Positions 20,055-29,299 of a stretch of DNA of 64,000 nt are shown here, in pieces. A model generated the notes under the pieces. The model was not told the DNA's origin, made no database searches, and saw only the letters and a program-made list of their open reading frames with translations. The position numbers and the translations under genes were made by a program. The DNA lies in sequence record OQ708376.1. One strand, given 5' to 3'. Each line of letters opens with the position of its first letter. Within the stretch, counting starts at the first letter, position 1.

Positions 20055-20550
20055 TACTAATATCTGGTTAGATAACATAATCAAGACATTAGAATTAATT
20101 AAACTTACATTACAAAAAACTACTGATATTGAAATTAATATTAAACAAGAAATATTAAACTATTATCATAGAAACAAATATAGCACGTTTATCTCTAAAT
20201 TAATTTATGGATTATATGATATTGAAGATATTTGCATCGGTTACAGTACTGGTATTTGCTTCACAGTTAATGGTTTAAAAAATGATTTAAATTTCAGACT
20301 TTCCGATGAAGAGCAAGATTTTCGTAGATTTTGTGATAATATTATGGATACAGATAAAATTACATTTGTTATTGAATTAAATCAAACGTGGTCCACATAT
20401 GCAGATAAACCATTTGAAATTAATGAAACAGATGTGTTAAACTATATTCGAGTTATGAAAATTCATGATTTGTGTAAAAACGCATTGTTAAGTATTGGAG
20501 CTTATAATGAAACATACGACTTGGTTGAAGATAGCAGAAGTAGTTGCTGA
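20026..20550 (+). CDS. hypothetical protein
   Basis: GAGGG upstream. Confidence 0.7.
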   Translation: MKYTHLSIDDTNIWLDNIIKTLELIKLTLQKTTDIEINIKQEILNYYHRNKYSTFISKLIYGLYDIEDICIGYSTGICFTVNGLKNDLNFRLSDEEQDFRRFCDNIMDTDKITFVIELNQTWSTYADKPFEINETDVLNYIRVMKIHDLCKNALLSIGAYNETYDLVEDSRSSC

Positions 20551-20986
20551 GGAAAGTAAATGTATTTCACAAAAAGTTGGTTGTGTTATTGTTAAAAATA
20601 ACCGAGTATTGAGTACTGGTTACAATGGTACTCCATCAAAACAACCAAATTGTTGTGACGTGAATCAACACTTAGTCAATGATGGGTGTTTTCAAGACTG
20701 GGTTAGTGATGAAGCAAAGCATGAACATCATGAGTGGAGTAATATTCATGAAATCCATGCTGAAATGAACGCTTTACTCTATAGTTCTCCTACTGAACGT
20801 CAAGGTGCAACTCTTTACACAACACTACAACCATGTTATACTTGTTCTAAGTTGATCGCAGGTAGTGGGATTTCACGTGTAATTTATCTCAAAAATTATC
20901 CTCGTACACCACCAGAAGCTATTAAAGTACTGGAAGATGCTGGAATTATTGTTAATTGCATTTATGATAAGGGTCTTGATAAATGA
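20507..20986 (+). CDS. cd: dCMP deaminase
   Basis: S.C..QKVGCVIV, TGYNG, HAEMNA, PCYTC; GGAG upstream of ATG 20507. Confidence 0.92.
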   Translation: MKHTTWLKIAEVVAEESKCISQKVGCVIVKNNRVLSTGYNGTPSKQPNCCDVNQHLVNDGCFQDWVSDEAKHEHHEWSNIHEIHAEMNALLYSSPTERQGATLYTTLQPCYTCSKLIAGSGISRVIYLKNYPRTPPEAIKVLEDAGIIVNCIYDKGLDK

Positions 20987-21240
20987 CAGTAATAATTATT
21001 ATTGCTTTTCTAATAACAGTGTTTTTCATTTTTATGTTATATATAGTTGCTATGGATGAACCTAATACTTCTTTTCGAAATTATGAAGTTCGTTTTTCTG
21101 CACAAAATAATAAGTACTATATTGTAAACTGTATACACCGTAGTGAGAAAAGGGTAACAAGTAGATTTGGATTTACCATTTATTATAAAGACCGAGTAGA
21201 AGCTGATATGATTTGTCAGAAGCTTAATACTGTAGAATAA
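20983..21240 (+). CDS. membrane-anchored hypothetical protein
   Basis: N-terminal hydrophobic helix. Confidence 0.7.
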   Translation: MTVIIIIAFLITVFFIFMLYIVAMDEPNTSFRNYEVRFSAQNNKYYIVNCIHRSEKRVTSRFGFTIYYKDRVEADMICQKLNTVE

Positions 21241-21267
21241 AAAAAGGAGCCGTATGGCTCCTTTTTT
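21241..21267. terminator. bidirectional intrinsic terminator
   Basis: AAAAAGGAGCC-gtat-GGCTCCTTTTT between convergent genes. Confidence 0.85.
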
Positions 21268-21268
21268 G

Positions 21269-21646
21269 TTAACCAGGGAGGTTACAATAATACAAATCCC
21301 AAGGGTGATATTTCATCGCACCAGTACTCAATTTAATTTTATGAAACTGGAATGATTCGGCAAATGCACTATCGTCAATCTTAATACAAAAAGTGTTTTT
21401 GGCTAGAGTTGGTGCAATTTCCAATGCTGTTTTAGATGCATCTAATCTAATTTTATCTTTATCATAACTAGTGATAGTTACAAAACGATAAACATTAAAA
21501 TCAGTATCAATGAGATCGTAAACACAACTAGAACGTTGATTAAAGATGTTCAAGTTATATTTCAATTCACCGTTTATATTAGCTGCGGTTACACAAAACC
21601 CGCCGATATTGAATGGTAGTTTACCTTGTGCTGCGATAGCTTTCAT
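21269..21646 (-). CDS. hypothetical protein; only convincing minus-strand gene
   Basis: Fills a gap with no + strand ORF; AAGGA SD on the - strand; ends at the bidirectional terminator. Confidence 0.75.
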   Translation of the reverse strand: MKAIAAQGKLPFNIGGFCVTAANINGELKYNLNIFNQRSSCVYDLIDTDFNVYRFVTITSYDKDKIRLDASKTALEIAPTLAKNTFCIKIDDSAFAESFQFHKIKLSTGAMKYHPWDLYYCNLPG

Positions 21647-21716
21647 ATTTTATTTCCTTTTTTAAATATAAGTATGAAATATATTTGTTTTTTACATCAG
21701 ATGCACCATGAACTAG

Positions 21717-21745
21717 TTGACAAAACATCAGTGGTATGATATGAT
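21717..21745 (+). promoter_or_regulatory. sigma70-type promoter
   Basis: TTGACA-N17-TATGAT with extended TG. Confidence 0.65.
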
Positions 21746-21807
21746 CTGTTATAAACTGTACACCTTAAGTTTTATTTTTAAAAATTTGAGTTAAGTACAG
21801 AAAAAGT

Positions 21808-21836
21808 TTGACTTAAGTGTTTAAGTACTATATTAT
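21808..21836 (+). promoter_or_regulatory. sigma70-type promoter
   Basis: TTGACT-N17-TATTAT. Confidence 0.55.
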
Positions 21837-21871
21837 TTATATCTTCCTAAACAAAATTGAGGACTTGTTAT

Positions 21872-22480
21872 ATGAAAAGACTATGGCTTGAAGTGATACA
21901 AGCAGCGATGTTTCTATTGTTAATAAATTTTCCAGCCAGTGCTGGTATTGAAAGTAAAAATGTGATAAAGTATAATCCTGAAACCCGAAATGTATATTTC
22001 ATATCAGATATTACAGATGGGTCACTCAAGAGAATGATAGAGTTGTATGATAAAGAACACTATGATACCATCACAATTACATCTCCTGGTGGTGATTTTG
22101 ATGCAGGTATTCGAATGGCAAACTTTGTTAGAGACAATGGGATAAATTTAATTGTTTCTAGGTATTGCAATTCAGCATGTACTGTGGTATTCTTTAGTGT
22201 ATCTCCCGAAAAGCGATATATGACAAATCGCTCAGTACTGGGTCTTCATAACATTTCGATTAAAAGTAATGTTACTGATGGTGATAATTCATTTGTGTCT
22301 GTAAGACAGCTATCAACTTTTACCGAAGAAATGGCAACAAAGGTAGGTTTCCTTTTTTCACTATATGCAGCAAATGGAATCCCACCAGAAGTTCTATTTA
22401 GAGTTAGTCGTTCTCGTGGTGAAGATGTTGTAATATTAACAAAACCAGAACTGGTTTTTTACGGTTCAGTCAAACAATAA
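21872..22480 (+). CDS. exported ClpP/crotonase-fold peptidase-like protein (COG3904-like)
   Basis: Signal-peptide-like N-terminus (FPASA), ITSPGG, YCNSACT, LGLH; GAGGA upstream of ATG 21872. Confidence 0.7.
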   Translation: MKRLWLEVIQAAMFLLLINFPASAGIESKNVIKYNPETRNVYFISDITDGSLKRMIELYDKEHYDTITITSPGGDFDAGIRMANFVRDNGINLIVSRYCNSACTVVFFSVSPEKRYMTNRSVLGLHNISIKSNVTDGDNSFVSVRQLSTFTEEMATKVGFLFSLYAANGIPPEVLFRVSRSRGEDVVILTKPELVFYGSVKQ

Positions 22481-22550
22481 AAATAATTAAAATAACAGGA
22501 TGATTATGATGTACTTCCTTTGTTATTAATTATATTGAGATTATATAACT

Positions 22551-22811
22551 ATGACAAACATCCAAAACTTGACATCTATTATTTTTTATGCTACTGTAGT
22601 AATGTATGCTACAGTTATTTTTCTAACAGTTTTCATTTACAAAGATTATCGTAATGGCTTTATTGATCCAACTACAATGAAGTTCAATTCAAAATTCGAA
22701 GCAATAATTTATTATGTACTATCAACTTCATACTTGGTGTGCCTAATGTTGTTAGGAGCACTAATTTATATCTTATACACAACATTATTTGCAATTGGAG
22801 CTATTTTATGA
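22551..22811 (+). CDS. membrane protein
   Basis: Two hydrophobic helices. Confidence 0.7.
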   Translation: MTNIQNLTSIIFYATVVMYATVIFLTVFIYKDYRNGFIDPTTMKFNSKFEAIIYYVLSTSYLVCLMLLGALIYILYTTLFAIGAIL

Positions 22812-23401
22812 CCTGTATTATTGCACACACTGACGGAGTAAGTTCTTTTATTGCTGGGGATAAGTTAGGAAGCAATGGATTTACAAAAACTGTTCAAACT
22901 GAGCCAAAGGTATTCGAGAAAGAATTTATCAAGTTACATGATGATGGACTAACTAGAACTAAAGAAGTAATGGCATTGGGTTATACTACATCATTTCGTA
23001 TGGGTCAGTTGTTAAATTATAACCTTAATTTACCTGAACAAGATGCTAGTCAAACATTTTCACAATATTTGGTTCTTAAAGTTATTCCAATCATTCGTCA
23101 AATGTTTAAAGAAGAATGGGGTGCACGAGATGCATCACAAGATGTAGGTGGTGGACAATTTATCATTCTCCACAATCATACAATCTATGAAGTTCAAGAA
23201 GACTTTTCAGTACTACAACCTAAAACAAGAATTACCGCAGTAGGTAGTGGGACATATCATGCAATTGCAGCAATGCAAGCATATATTGAAGTTGAGAACG
23301 AATCTAAAAAACCACTACACGAACGTATCAAATCAATTTTTAAAATTGTTAGTGATAATGTAACAAGCGTAAGCGAAGAGTTTGATGTTTTAAAATATTA
23401 A
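22808..23401 (+). CDS. Ntn-hydrolase-fold protein (HslV/proteasome beta-like)
   Basis: Start at ATG 22808 gives M-TCII (N-terminal Thr); GD..GS, later K, AVGSG..AIAA. Confidence 0.7.
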   Translation: MTCIIAHTDGVSSFIAGDKLGSNGFTKTVQTEPKVFEKEFIKLHDDGLTRTKEVMALGYTTSFRMGQLLNYNLNLPEQDASQTFSQYLVLKVIPIIRQMFKEEWGARDASQDVGGGQFIILHNHTIYEVQEDFSVLQPKTRITAVGSGTYHAIAAMQAYIEVENESKKPLHERIKSIFKIVSDNVTSVSEEFDVLKY

Positions 23402-23428
23402 AAGTACTAATATTATAAGAGAGAATAG

Positions 23429-23623
23429 ATGATGGCATACACAATTTATGAATGGGTTTTGAGTTTTTTTATAGTTTTTTCTATTGTTGTAATTTATAAC
23501 AATGCTAAATGCTTATATAGGGACTTGAAATCCAATGGTTATCACAAAGATAATAATTTTATGTATGCCTATCATATTGGAATCATTCTGTTATTATCAA
23601 TATATTTAATTGTTTTTTTATAA
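23429..23623 (+). CDS. small membrane protein
   Basis: Two hydrophobic stretches. Confidence 0.6.
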   Translation: MMAYTIYEWVLSFFIVFSIVVIYNNAKCLYRDLKSNGYHKDNNFMYAYHIGIILLLSIYLIVFL

Positions 23624-23632
23624 GGATTGAAT

Positions 23633-24385
23633 ATGATATCAGAAAAATTTATAAGCAATGAAGGTAAAAAGCGATTACTGATTATATCAGGTGCAGGACT
23701 TTCTGTTGAAAGTGGTATGGAACCTTTTCGATTTGATGATGGTTTGTGGGATACATTTAAAATTAATGATGTATGTAACATTGCTAGTTTAACTACGAAA
23801 TATCACGTTGTTCATTCCTTCTATAATACATTACGTGTAAAATTGGGTCAATGCAAACCCAATGCAATGCATTATTTTATAAAATCGTTAGAAGATCAAT
23901 ATGGTGATTGCTTCCTTCATATGACTTCTAACATGGACGATCTTTATACTCGTATTGGTGGTCATGAGCTTAAACTTCATGGAAACTTGTGCGAAGTTAT
24001 TGAAAATTATAGTATCAATTCCGATGATTATAATGTTATTAACTGCGGATACGAACCATACATACCAAAACATGATGTTTTTGCCAAACCAAATGTAGTA
24101 ATGATTGGAGAATATCATCGTTATGTTGATGGTATTCGCTTACCAATTTACGAAGAACGAAATAATGTGTTGAAATCTCTTAATGAAAATGATACAGTTA
24201 TTGTAATTGGTAGTAGCGATACAGTACTGGTATGGTCGAGATTAGCAGCAGCATTACCATGTTATAGTGTTAATGTTAACATTCGTAAAAATGATAATGA
24301 TTTTTTGTTTAATGAAAAAGTTATCAAGCCAGCAACCAAAGCAATACCGCATCTAGAGACTATAATTAAGGAACGTATGAAATGA
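23633..24385 (+). CDS. Sir2/sirtuin-family NAD+-dependent enzyme
   Basis: SGAGLSVESG..PFR, T.N.DDL, LHG, KPNVV..GE, GSS; no zinc-binding cysteines evident. Confidence 0.88.
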   Translation: MISEKFISNEGKKRLLIISGAGLSVESGMEPFRFDDGLWDTFKINDVCNIASLTTKYHVVHSFYNTLRVKLGQCKPNAMHYFIKSLEDQYGDCFLHMTSNMDDLYTRIGGHELKLHGNLCEVIENYSINSDDYNVINCGYEPYIPKHDVFAKPNVVMIGEYHRYVDGIRLPIYEERNNVLKSLNENDTVIVIGSSDTVLVWSRLAAALPCYSVNVNIRKNDNDFLFNEKVIKPATKAIPHLETIIKERMK

Positions 24386-24933
24386 GTGTTAAAGAAGTTC
24401 CCTTTGGTGAATATGGCACACGTGCAAATTTTGTATTTTGTTATTTCTTTGCAAGAAAATGCAACCCTTACAAAAACTATGAGTTGAATGATATACCAGA
24501 AGTAAATTTAGTATTACTGCAATTACGATGGGATGGTCTTCTTGGTGGATGTGGTGGAACCGTAGAAAGTACTGATATCTCACTAGAAGATGCGTTGCGT
24601 CGTGAAGTTCAAGAAGAAATGGATTACAATATTTTTGTTTCCCATCTTCGACCACTCAAAACTTTTGAAATTTACCCAGGTGCAAACAGTCACAGTTTTA
24701 GCTATGAAGTAACCTATGACGAGTTGAAACACATTAGAGATGGATACACTAATGCTAAACATGCAAGTGCAGAAGTTGCTGGTGTAAATTTATGTCATAT
24801 TTCGCGTTATTCTAAGGGACAAAATCGAGAAGCGGGATATAATAATCTTATGACACAGAACTTCATCGGTACAGCAAAACAAGAATTGGAGTATCTGGTT
24901 CAAAAAGAAAACTTACTAATTAGTTATCTATAG
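24382..24933 (+). CDS. Nudix hydrolase, NUDT16-like
   Basis: LLQLRWDGLLGGCGGTVE...LEDALRREVQEE; ATGA overlap with the sirtuin. Confidence 0.85.
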   Translation: MSVKEVPFGEYGTRANFVFCYFFARKCNPYKNYELNDIPEVNLVLLQLRWDGLLGGCGGTVESTDISLEDALRREVQEEMDYNIFVSHLRPLKTFEIYPGANSHSFSYEVTYDELKHIRDGYTNAKHASAEVAGVNLCHISRYSKGQNREAGYNNLMTQNFIGTAKQELEYLVQKENLLISYL

Positions 24934-24942
24934 GAGTTTAAC

Positions 24943-25263
24943 ATGTCTTACTCAATGTTTTTGGATGATATTCGTGATGCAAATCTATATTATCCAAACC
25001 AAGATATGGTGGTATGTCGTGACTTTAAAAGTGCATGTGAATATGTTATTGAAAATGGAATTCCAGCATTTGTATCATTCGACCATGACTTGGGTGATGT
25101 GAGCGAAGACGAAAAGACTGGATATTCTTTTGCTAAGTTTCTTATTGATTATATGTTTGATAATAATATTAAAGAACCGTTTGAGTACTTTGTTCACAGT
25201 AGTAATCCTGTTGGTAAAATTAATATTGAAACATACTTAAACAATGGATTTAACTCATTATGA
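24943..25263 (+). CDS. receiver-like 'cyclic-phosphate processing' domain protein
   Basis: LDDIR, VSFDHDLG, KTGY.FAK, VHSSNPVG pattern. Confidence 0.7.
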   Translation: MSYSMFLDDIRDANLYYPNQDMVVCRDFKSACEYVIENGIPAFVSFDHDLGDVSEDEKTGYSFAKFLIDYMFDNNIKEPFEYFVHSSNPVGKINIETYLNNGFNSL

Positions 25264-25562
25264 TTCAAACACACATCAAAAGTCTTATTTGTACTGTTCT
25301 GTTAGGTGCAGGAGTTCTTTGGTTCGGACAGTATCACGAGAACACTAAGCGTACCAACATTCACTACAATACCGCAGAAGTTGTTAGTTTAGGACAATGT
25401 AGCGAGTCCAAATGTTCATTTATGTATAAAACCCAAAGTGGTGAAGTACGTAATGGACTATCAAGAGAACCAGTTTCAATTGGTCAACTTGTTTACCAGG
25501 AGTGCTGGGAAGAAAAGGTTCGAGGTTCACGTTGCTATGTTGAATACGAACCAAATATGTAA
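25260..25562 (+). CDS. membrane-anchored small protein
   Basis: N-terminal helix; Cys pairs in the soluble part. Confidence 0.7.
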   Translation: MIQTHIKSLICTVLLGAGVLWFGQYHENTKRTNIHYNTAEVVSLGQCSESKCSFMYKTQSGEVRNGLSREPVSIGQLVYQECWEEKVRGSRCYVEYEPNM

Positions 25563-25622
25563 TAATCCGAGTCAATAACATTAGTCGAGTACAAGGATGT
25601 ACTCATAACTCAAGGATGTTTT

Positions 25623-27062
25623 ATGAAAAAATATACAATTGACACAAACGTACTACTATCTGACCCTAATGCATCTATTGCTTTTGATGGTGCTGCAATC
25701 ATTCTACCATTTACAGTACTGGAAGAATTGGATTCAATTAAGAGTCGTAATGTAGATGTTTCACGCGATGCTCGTGTTGCTATTCGTAACATTGAAGCAA
25801 TTATTGCAGATGCATCACATGATGAGATTAGTAGTACTGGTGTTAATATTGCTGATGTTCATACCAATATGAATCCTGATAGCAAATTGTTTGTTATTAC
25901 AAACGAAGAAGCTGAAGCACTAATTCGTACTAAAGGTTCAGAAGAGAAAGTTCAAACCCTTCTCAAAAGCACAGTACCTGATGATAAAATCATTCTGGTA
26001 GCTTTAGCAACAGAATCAGTACTGGTAACTCGTGATATCAACATGCGTATCAAAGCACTAAGTTATGGTGTCGAGGTACAAGATTATCGCCATGATATTG
26101 TTATTGGTGATAGTGATTTGATTCACATTGGTCAACACCATTTGGAAATTAATTTTTGGGAAGTATATAGCAACTTATCCAATACTAATATTCAATCCGA
26201 ACAAGTTGGTCGTCGTTTGTATCATTACATTTCTAAAAGCTTGATTGAACATTTGCTTCCACAAAATCTATGCATCGGTGATTATCTATATGATGATGCA
26301 GACGTATTATTTGTGTACGAAGGTCAATCAGCAATTGAGGAAGATGATGGAACACTAACACCAGAAGATATTTTGGTATTCCAAGATATTGGACAATCAG
26401 TAGCTTTACGTGCTAAAGTATGGGATATTAAAGCAAAGAATATCCAACAAGCACTCGCCATCAACAGTATTCTCGATCCTGATGTACATCTAACAGTACT
26501 GCTAGGTTCTGCTGGTACTGGTAAAACACTAATTACGATTGCTACTGCATTAGAATTAGTACTGGAAAAACGTAAATACGACCGAATCATCTTCTCTAAA
26601 ACTCAAGACTCACAGTTTGAAGATATTGGTTTCTTGCCAGGTTCAGAAGCAGAAAAAGTGATTCCATTCTGTGGAGCCGCAATTGACGCGTTAGAGTTTC
26701 TTCATAAAGATGATGCTAACCCTCAAGGTAGTATTGAAGAGATTATGAAACGTAATGTTATTCAATTTAAAGCACTAAACTTTGTACGTGGACGTTCATT
26801 CACCAACACTATTCTAGTAGTTGATGAATTCCAAAACATTACACCTGCACAAGCTAAAACAATCTTGACACGAGCAGGATTAAACTGTAAAGTAGTAATT
26901 ATGGGTAACTTGAGTCAGATTGACAGTAAGTTTATTAGTCCTGTTAACAGTGGTTTGACATATGTAACTGAGAAGTTTAAAGATTGGGCAGGTTGTCGTG
27001 TCATCGAACTAGAAGGTGTTGTTCGTTCACCACTTGCAGAATTTGCTGAAGAAAATATGTAA
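25623..27062 (+). CDS. phoH: PIN domain + PhoH-family ATPase
   Basis: PIN IDTNVLL..EELD..DDKI..TRDINMRIKA; Walker A GSAGTGKT; RGRSF, VDEFQN, R motif GVVRSPLA. Confidence 0.92.
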   Translation: MKKYTIDTNVLLSDPNASIAFDGAAIILPFTVLEELDSIKSRNVDVSRDARVAIRNIEAIIADASHDEISSTGVNIADVHTNMNPDSKLFVITNEEAEALIRTKGSEEKVQTLLKSTVPDDKIILVALATESVLVTRDINMRIKALSYGVEVQDYRHDIVIGDSDLIHIGQHHLEINFWEVYSNLSNTNIQSEQVGRRLYHYISKSLIEHLLPQNLCIGDYLYDDADVLFVYEGQSAIEEDDGTLTPEDILVFQDIGQSVALRAKVWDIKAKNIQQALAINSILDPDVHLTVLLGSAGTGKTLITIATALELVLEKRKYDRIIFSKTQDSQFEDIGFLPGSEAEKVIPFCGAAIDALEFLHKDDANPQGSIEEIMKRNVIQFKALNFVRGRSFTNTILVVDEFQNITPAQAKTILTRAGLNCKVVIMGNLSQIDSKFISPVNSGLTYVTEKFKDWAGCRVIELEGVVRSPLAEFAEENM

Positions 27063-27065
27063 TAT

Positions 27066-27090
27066 TGTATGGGACATTATGTCCCATACA
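27066..27090 (+). terminator. perfect 11-bp inverted repeat after phoH
   Basis: TGTATGGGACA-tta-TGTCCCATACA; no U tract. Confidence 0.55.
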
Positions 27091-27099
27091 TGATATAAT
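27071..27099 (+). promoter_or_regulatory. promoter GGGACA-N17-TATAAT overlapping the hairpin
   Basis: GGGACA 27071-27076, TGA+TATAAT 27094-27099. Confidence 0.6.
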
Positions 27100-27130
27100 G
27101 TTGTTATCATAATACAGAAGGAGATATAAA

Positions 27131-27319
27131 ATGGCTAAACAACCTAAGAAAAAAGAACCAGTAGCAAAAGTTAAGAAAGAGAAAGTTATTCAATCTAAAG
27201 AACAACGTATGTACGAACAACGTAAGAGTGAAACCCTATCCGGTCTTCAAGCTCTACGCAAACAAGGTGTACTAACTCGTGCACAGTACCGTGAACTAGT
27301 AGCTCAGAAAGGTTTTTGA
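27131..27319 (+). CDS. small basic protein
   Basis: AAGGAG upstream. Confidence 0.75.
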   Translation: MAKQPKKKEPVAKVKKEKVIQSKEQRMYEQRKSETLSGLQALRKQGVLTRAQYRELVAQKGF

Positions 27320-27423
27320 TTCATTTGAAGACATATTGTGGAGTTCTTAATAAATACTTTTATAAGAATAATAATACTTTTTATTAAATTAAAAAGAACT
27401 CCATGTGTTATTTCAGTTTTTCG

Positions 27424-27449
27424 TCCCTGTCTTTTGGCAGGGATTTTTT
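27424..27449 (+). terminator. intrinsic terminator
   Basis: TCCCTGTC-tttt-GGCAGGGA-TTTTTT. Confidence 0.75.
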
Positions 27450-27545
27450 ATATCTATATCTTGACAAAAGGAACAAATCATGAGAACATGTATTAAAGGA
27501 AGAATGACTTTCCATTAGGTTATTTTAACTTAAAGGAGATTTCAT

Positions 27546-28103
27546 ATGTTTTTTGACCAAACATTTACGTTGTATCACGATTCTGGTAAAGTTGAGATTA
27601 TTGATAATCTGTTAGAGTACATTGCGGAACATGACGGTATAGACCGTTTCCACAGTAAGATGAAATTCGATTTAGCTGAATTCAACAAAAAGAATCGTGA
27701 AACATTTTGGAAGAACCGTTTCTATTACGAAATGTTTCCAGAAAAGTTTGTGGGTTATTATCTTTGTACTGAAAAAGGATTACTTGTATCTCCTGATTTA
27801 CTTATGGGTGAATACATGATACTCTATAATGAGTACTGGGAACATAAACGTAAAGCTCGTGATACGGAATGGCGACATAAGCGTTCGTATATGTACAAAC
27901 ATAACCACTCCCGATACAAGCGTCCTAAGACACAACAAGAGCGTCGTATGGCTTGTGCAGTACTGAAGGATGAGGGGGAACCTGATATACGTGGAAGACG
28001 TAAGATGCGTTCATTACCATCGTATTGGGACGATATCAGAACAAGACATAGTACTGGCTGGAAATACAGTACTAAACGTAAACATCAATACAAAGGGAGC
28101 TAA
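27546..28103 (+). CDS. hypothetical protein with basic C-terminal domain
   Basis: AAGGAG upstream; RPKTQQERR...LPSYWDD...WK..KRKHQ. Confidence 0.8.
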   Translation: MFFDQTFTLYHDSGKVEIIDNLLEYIAEHDGIDRFHSKMKFDLAEFNKKNRETFWKNRFYYEMFPEKFVGYYLCTEKGLLVSPDLLMGEYMILYNEYWEHKRKARDTEWRHKRSYMYKHNHSRYKRPKTQQERRMACAVLKDEGEPDIRGRRKMRSLPSYWDDIRTRHSTGWKYSTKRKHQYKGS

Positions 28104-28121
28104 TGCTCCCTAATTTTATAG

Positions 28122-28460
28122 GTGAACTTTATGAACAAAATTGACGTTACTGTAGTGATTGGTTATATTGAAATTGAACCGTGTGGCATTGATACCTTTA
28201 TTGACACTCTTAATAAGTATCGTGCTGAATATAACGGTCACATTAGTCTTTCACCAGACAGTGGGTACGGCGGTTTTCATGGATACAATGTAATTTGGAC
28301 CAGAGAAGAAACTGACGAAGAATATAATACACGAATTGAAGCTGAATCTAAAAGATGTGAAGAAATTGAACGTCAAGAAATGAAACACTTAATGAACAAG
28401 AAATCATTAAGTACCGAAGAGAAATCTAAACTGCTAAAATACATCAAGGATTACATGTAA
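28122..28460 (+). CDS. hypothetical protein
   Basis: Start GTG 28122 or ATG 28131. Confidence 0.7.
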   Translation: MNFMNKIDVTVVIGYIEIEPCGIDTFIDTLNKYRAEYNGHISLSPDSGYGGFHGYNVIWTREETDEEYNTRIEAESKRCEEIERQEMKHLMNKKSLSTEEKSKLLKYIKDYM

Positions 28461-29110
28461 TGAAAAATGTAACTCAAGAAAAGATTCTGTACCTTGCAAA
28501 GTACAATGGTGGTTTCAATATCATTAGCCGTGAGTACAGTGGTAATTTGGCTAAGTTGATTGACAGTTTGTTAGAATTTGATTTCATTAAATGGGAAACT
28601 AATGAACTTTGGTACGAATATGCTGGTCAGAAATGGGAAAGTGATTATGATAATGCAATACATTCATACACTATCACCAAAGCAGGTGAAGTTCGATTAG
28701 CCATTATGCGTTGTGCATATACTTACAAAAATCATAAAGGTGAAGAAAAACATATTCGCAGAAATGAAGAGCTATTACTTCTCATGGAAGCAGCAAAAGT
28801 TACAATGCATGATTTGTTCCACCACCCACGTTGGTATGAAAATCTAACAAAAGCAGAGTACAAAGCTTTACGTTACATTGATGAACAAAACAACAACCCA
28901 GTTGAAGTTGATGATGTTAGTGATGATGAACTAAGCCTCAAAAATGTATTTGAAAGTACCAGTACTGAAAGTATTACAGACATTTCTGTACAGATGGCAC
29001 TAAAAGCAATGGAACTTTTCAAGACACAATATGAAGGACACAGTGCTGAAGAAGTAGAGCGTGAGTTCATTACACGCGTACAGATTGCATTGTTCCAATC
29101 GAAAAAGTAG
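28460..29110 (+). CDS. hypothetical protein
   Basis: TAATG overlap; 216 aa. Confidence 0.75.
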   Translation: MKNVTQEKILYLAKYNGGFNIISREYSGNLAKLIDSLLEFDFIKWETNELWYEYAGQKWESDYDNAIHSYTITKAGEVRLAIMRCAYTYKNHKGEEKHIRRNEELLLLMEAAKVTMHDLFHHPRWYENLTKAEYKALRYIDEQNNNPVEVDDVSDDELSLKNVFESTSTESITDISVQMALKAMELFKTQYEGHSAEEVEREFITRVQIALFQSKK

Positions 29111-29116
29111 GATGAT

Positions 29117-29296
29117 ATGAAATTTTTACTTGTACTAATCGCAGTTCTTATGGTATTATCTTGTTCAGTTAGTAATGGTTCATACATTTACGTATCAGTA
29201 TTTGAAGAAGCTCCCGACAACTGTGTATTAACTCACACTGGAATTGTGTTAGTTAATGGTAAACCATCAATCGAGTACTTATGTATAGGTGATTAA
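29117..29296 (+). CDS. small lipoprotein (59 aa), not in the ORF track
   Basis: MKFLLVLIAVLMVLS-C lipobox; AGGA upstream. Confidence 0.6.
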   Translation: MKFLLVLIAVLMVLSCSVSNGSYIYVSVFEEAPDNCVLTHTGIVLVNGKPSIEYLCIGD

Positions 29297-29299
29297 ATT

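Noticed and set aside
27461-27489. TTGACA promoter upstream of ORF 27546
   Set aside because: The -35 is perfect but the hexamer at 17 nt (GAACAT) is a poor -10, so it was not called.
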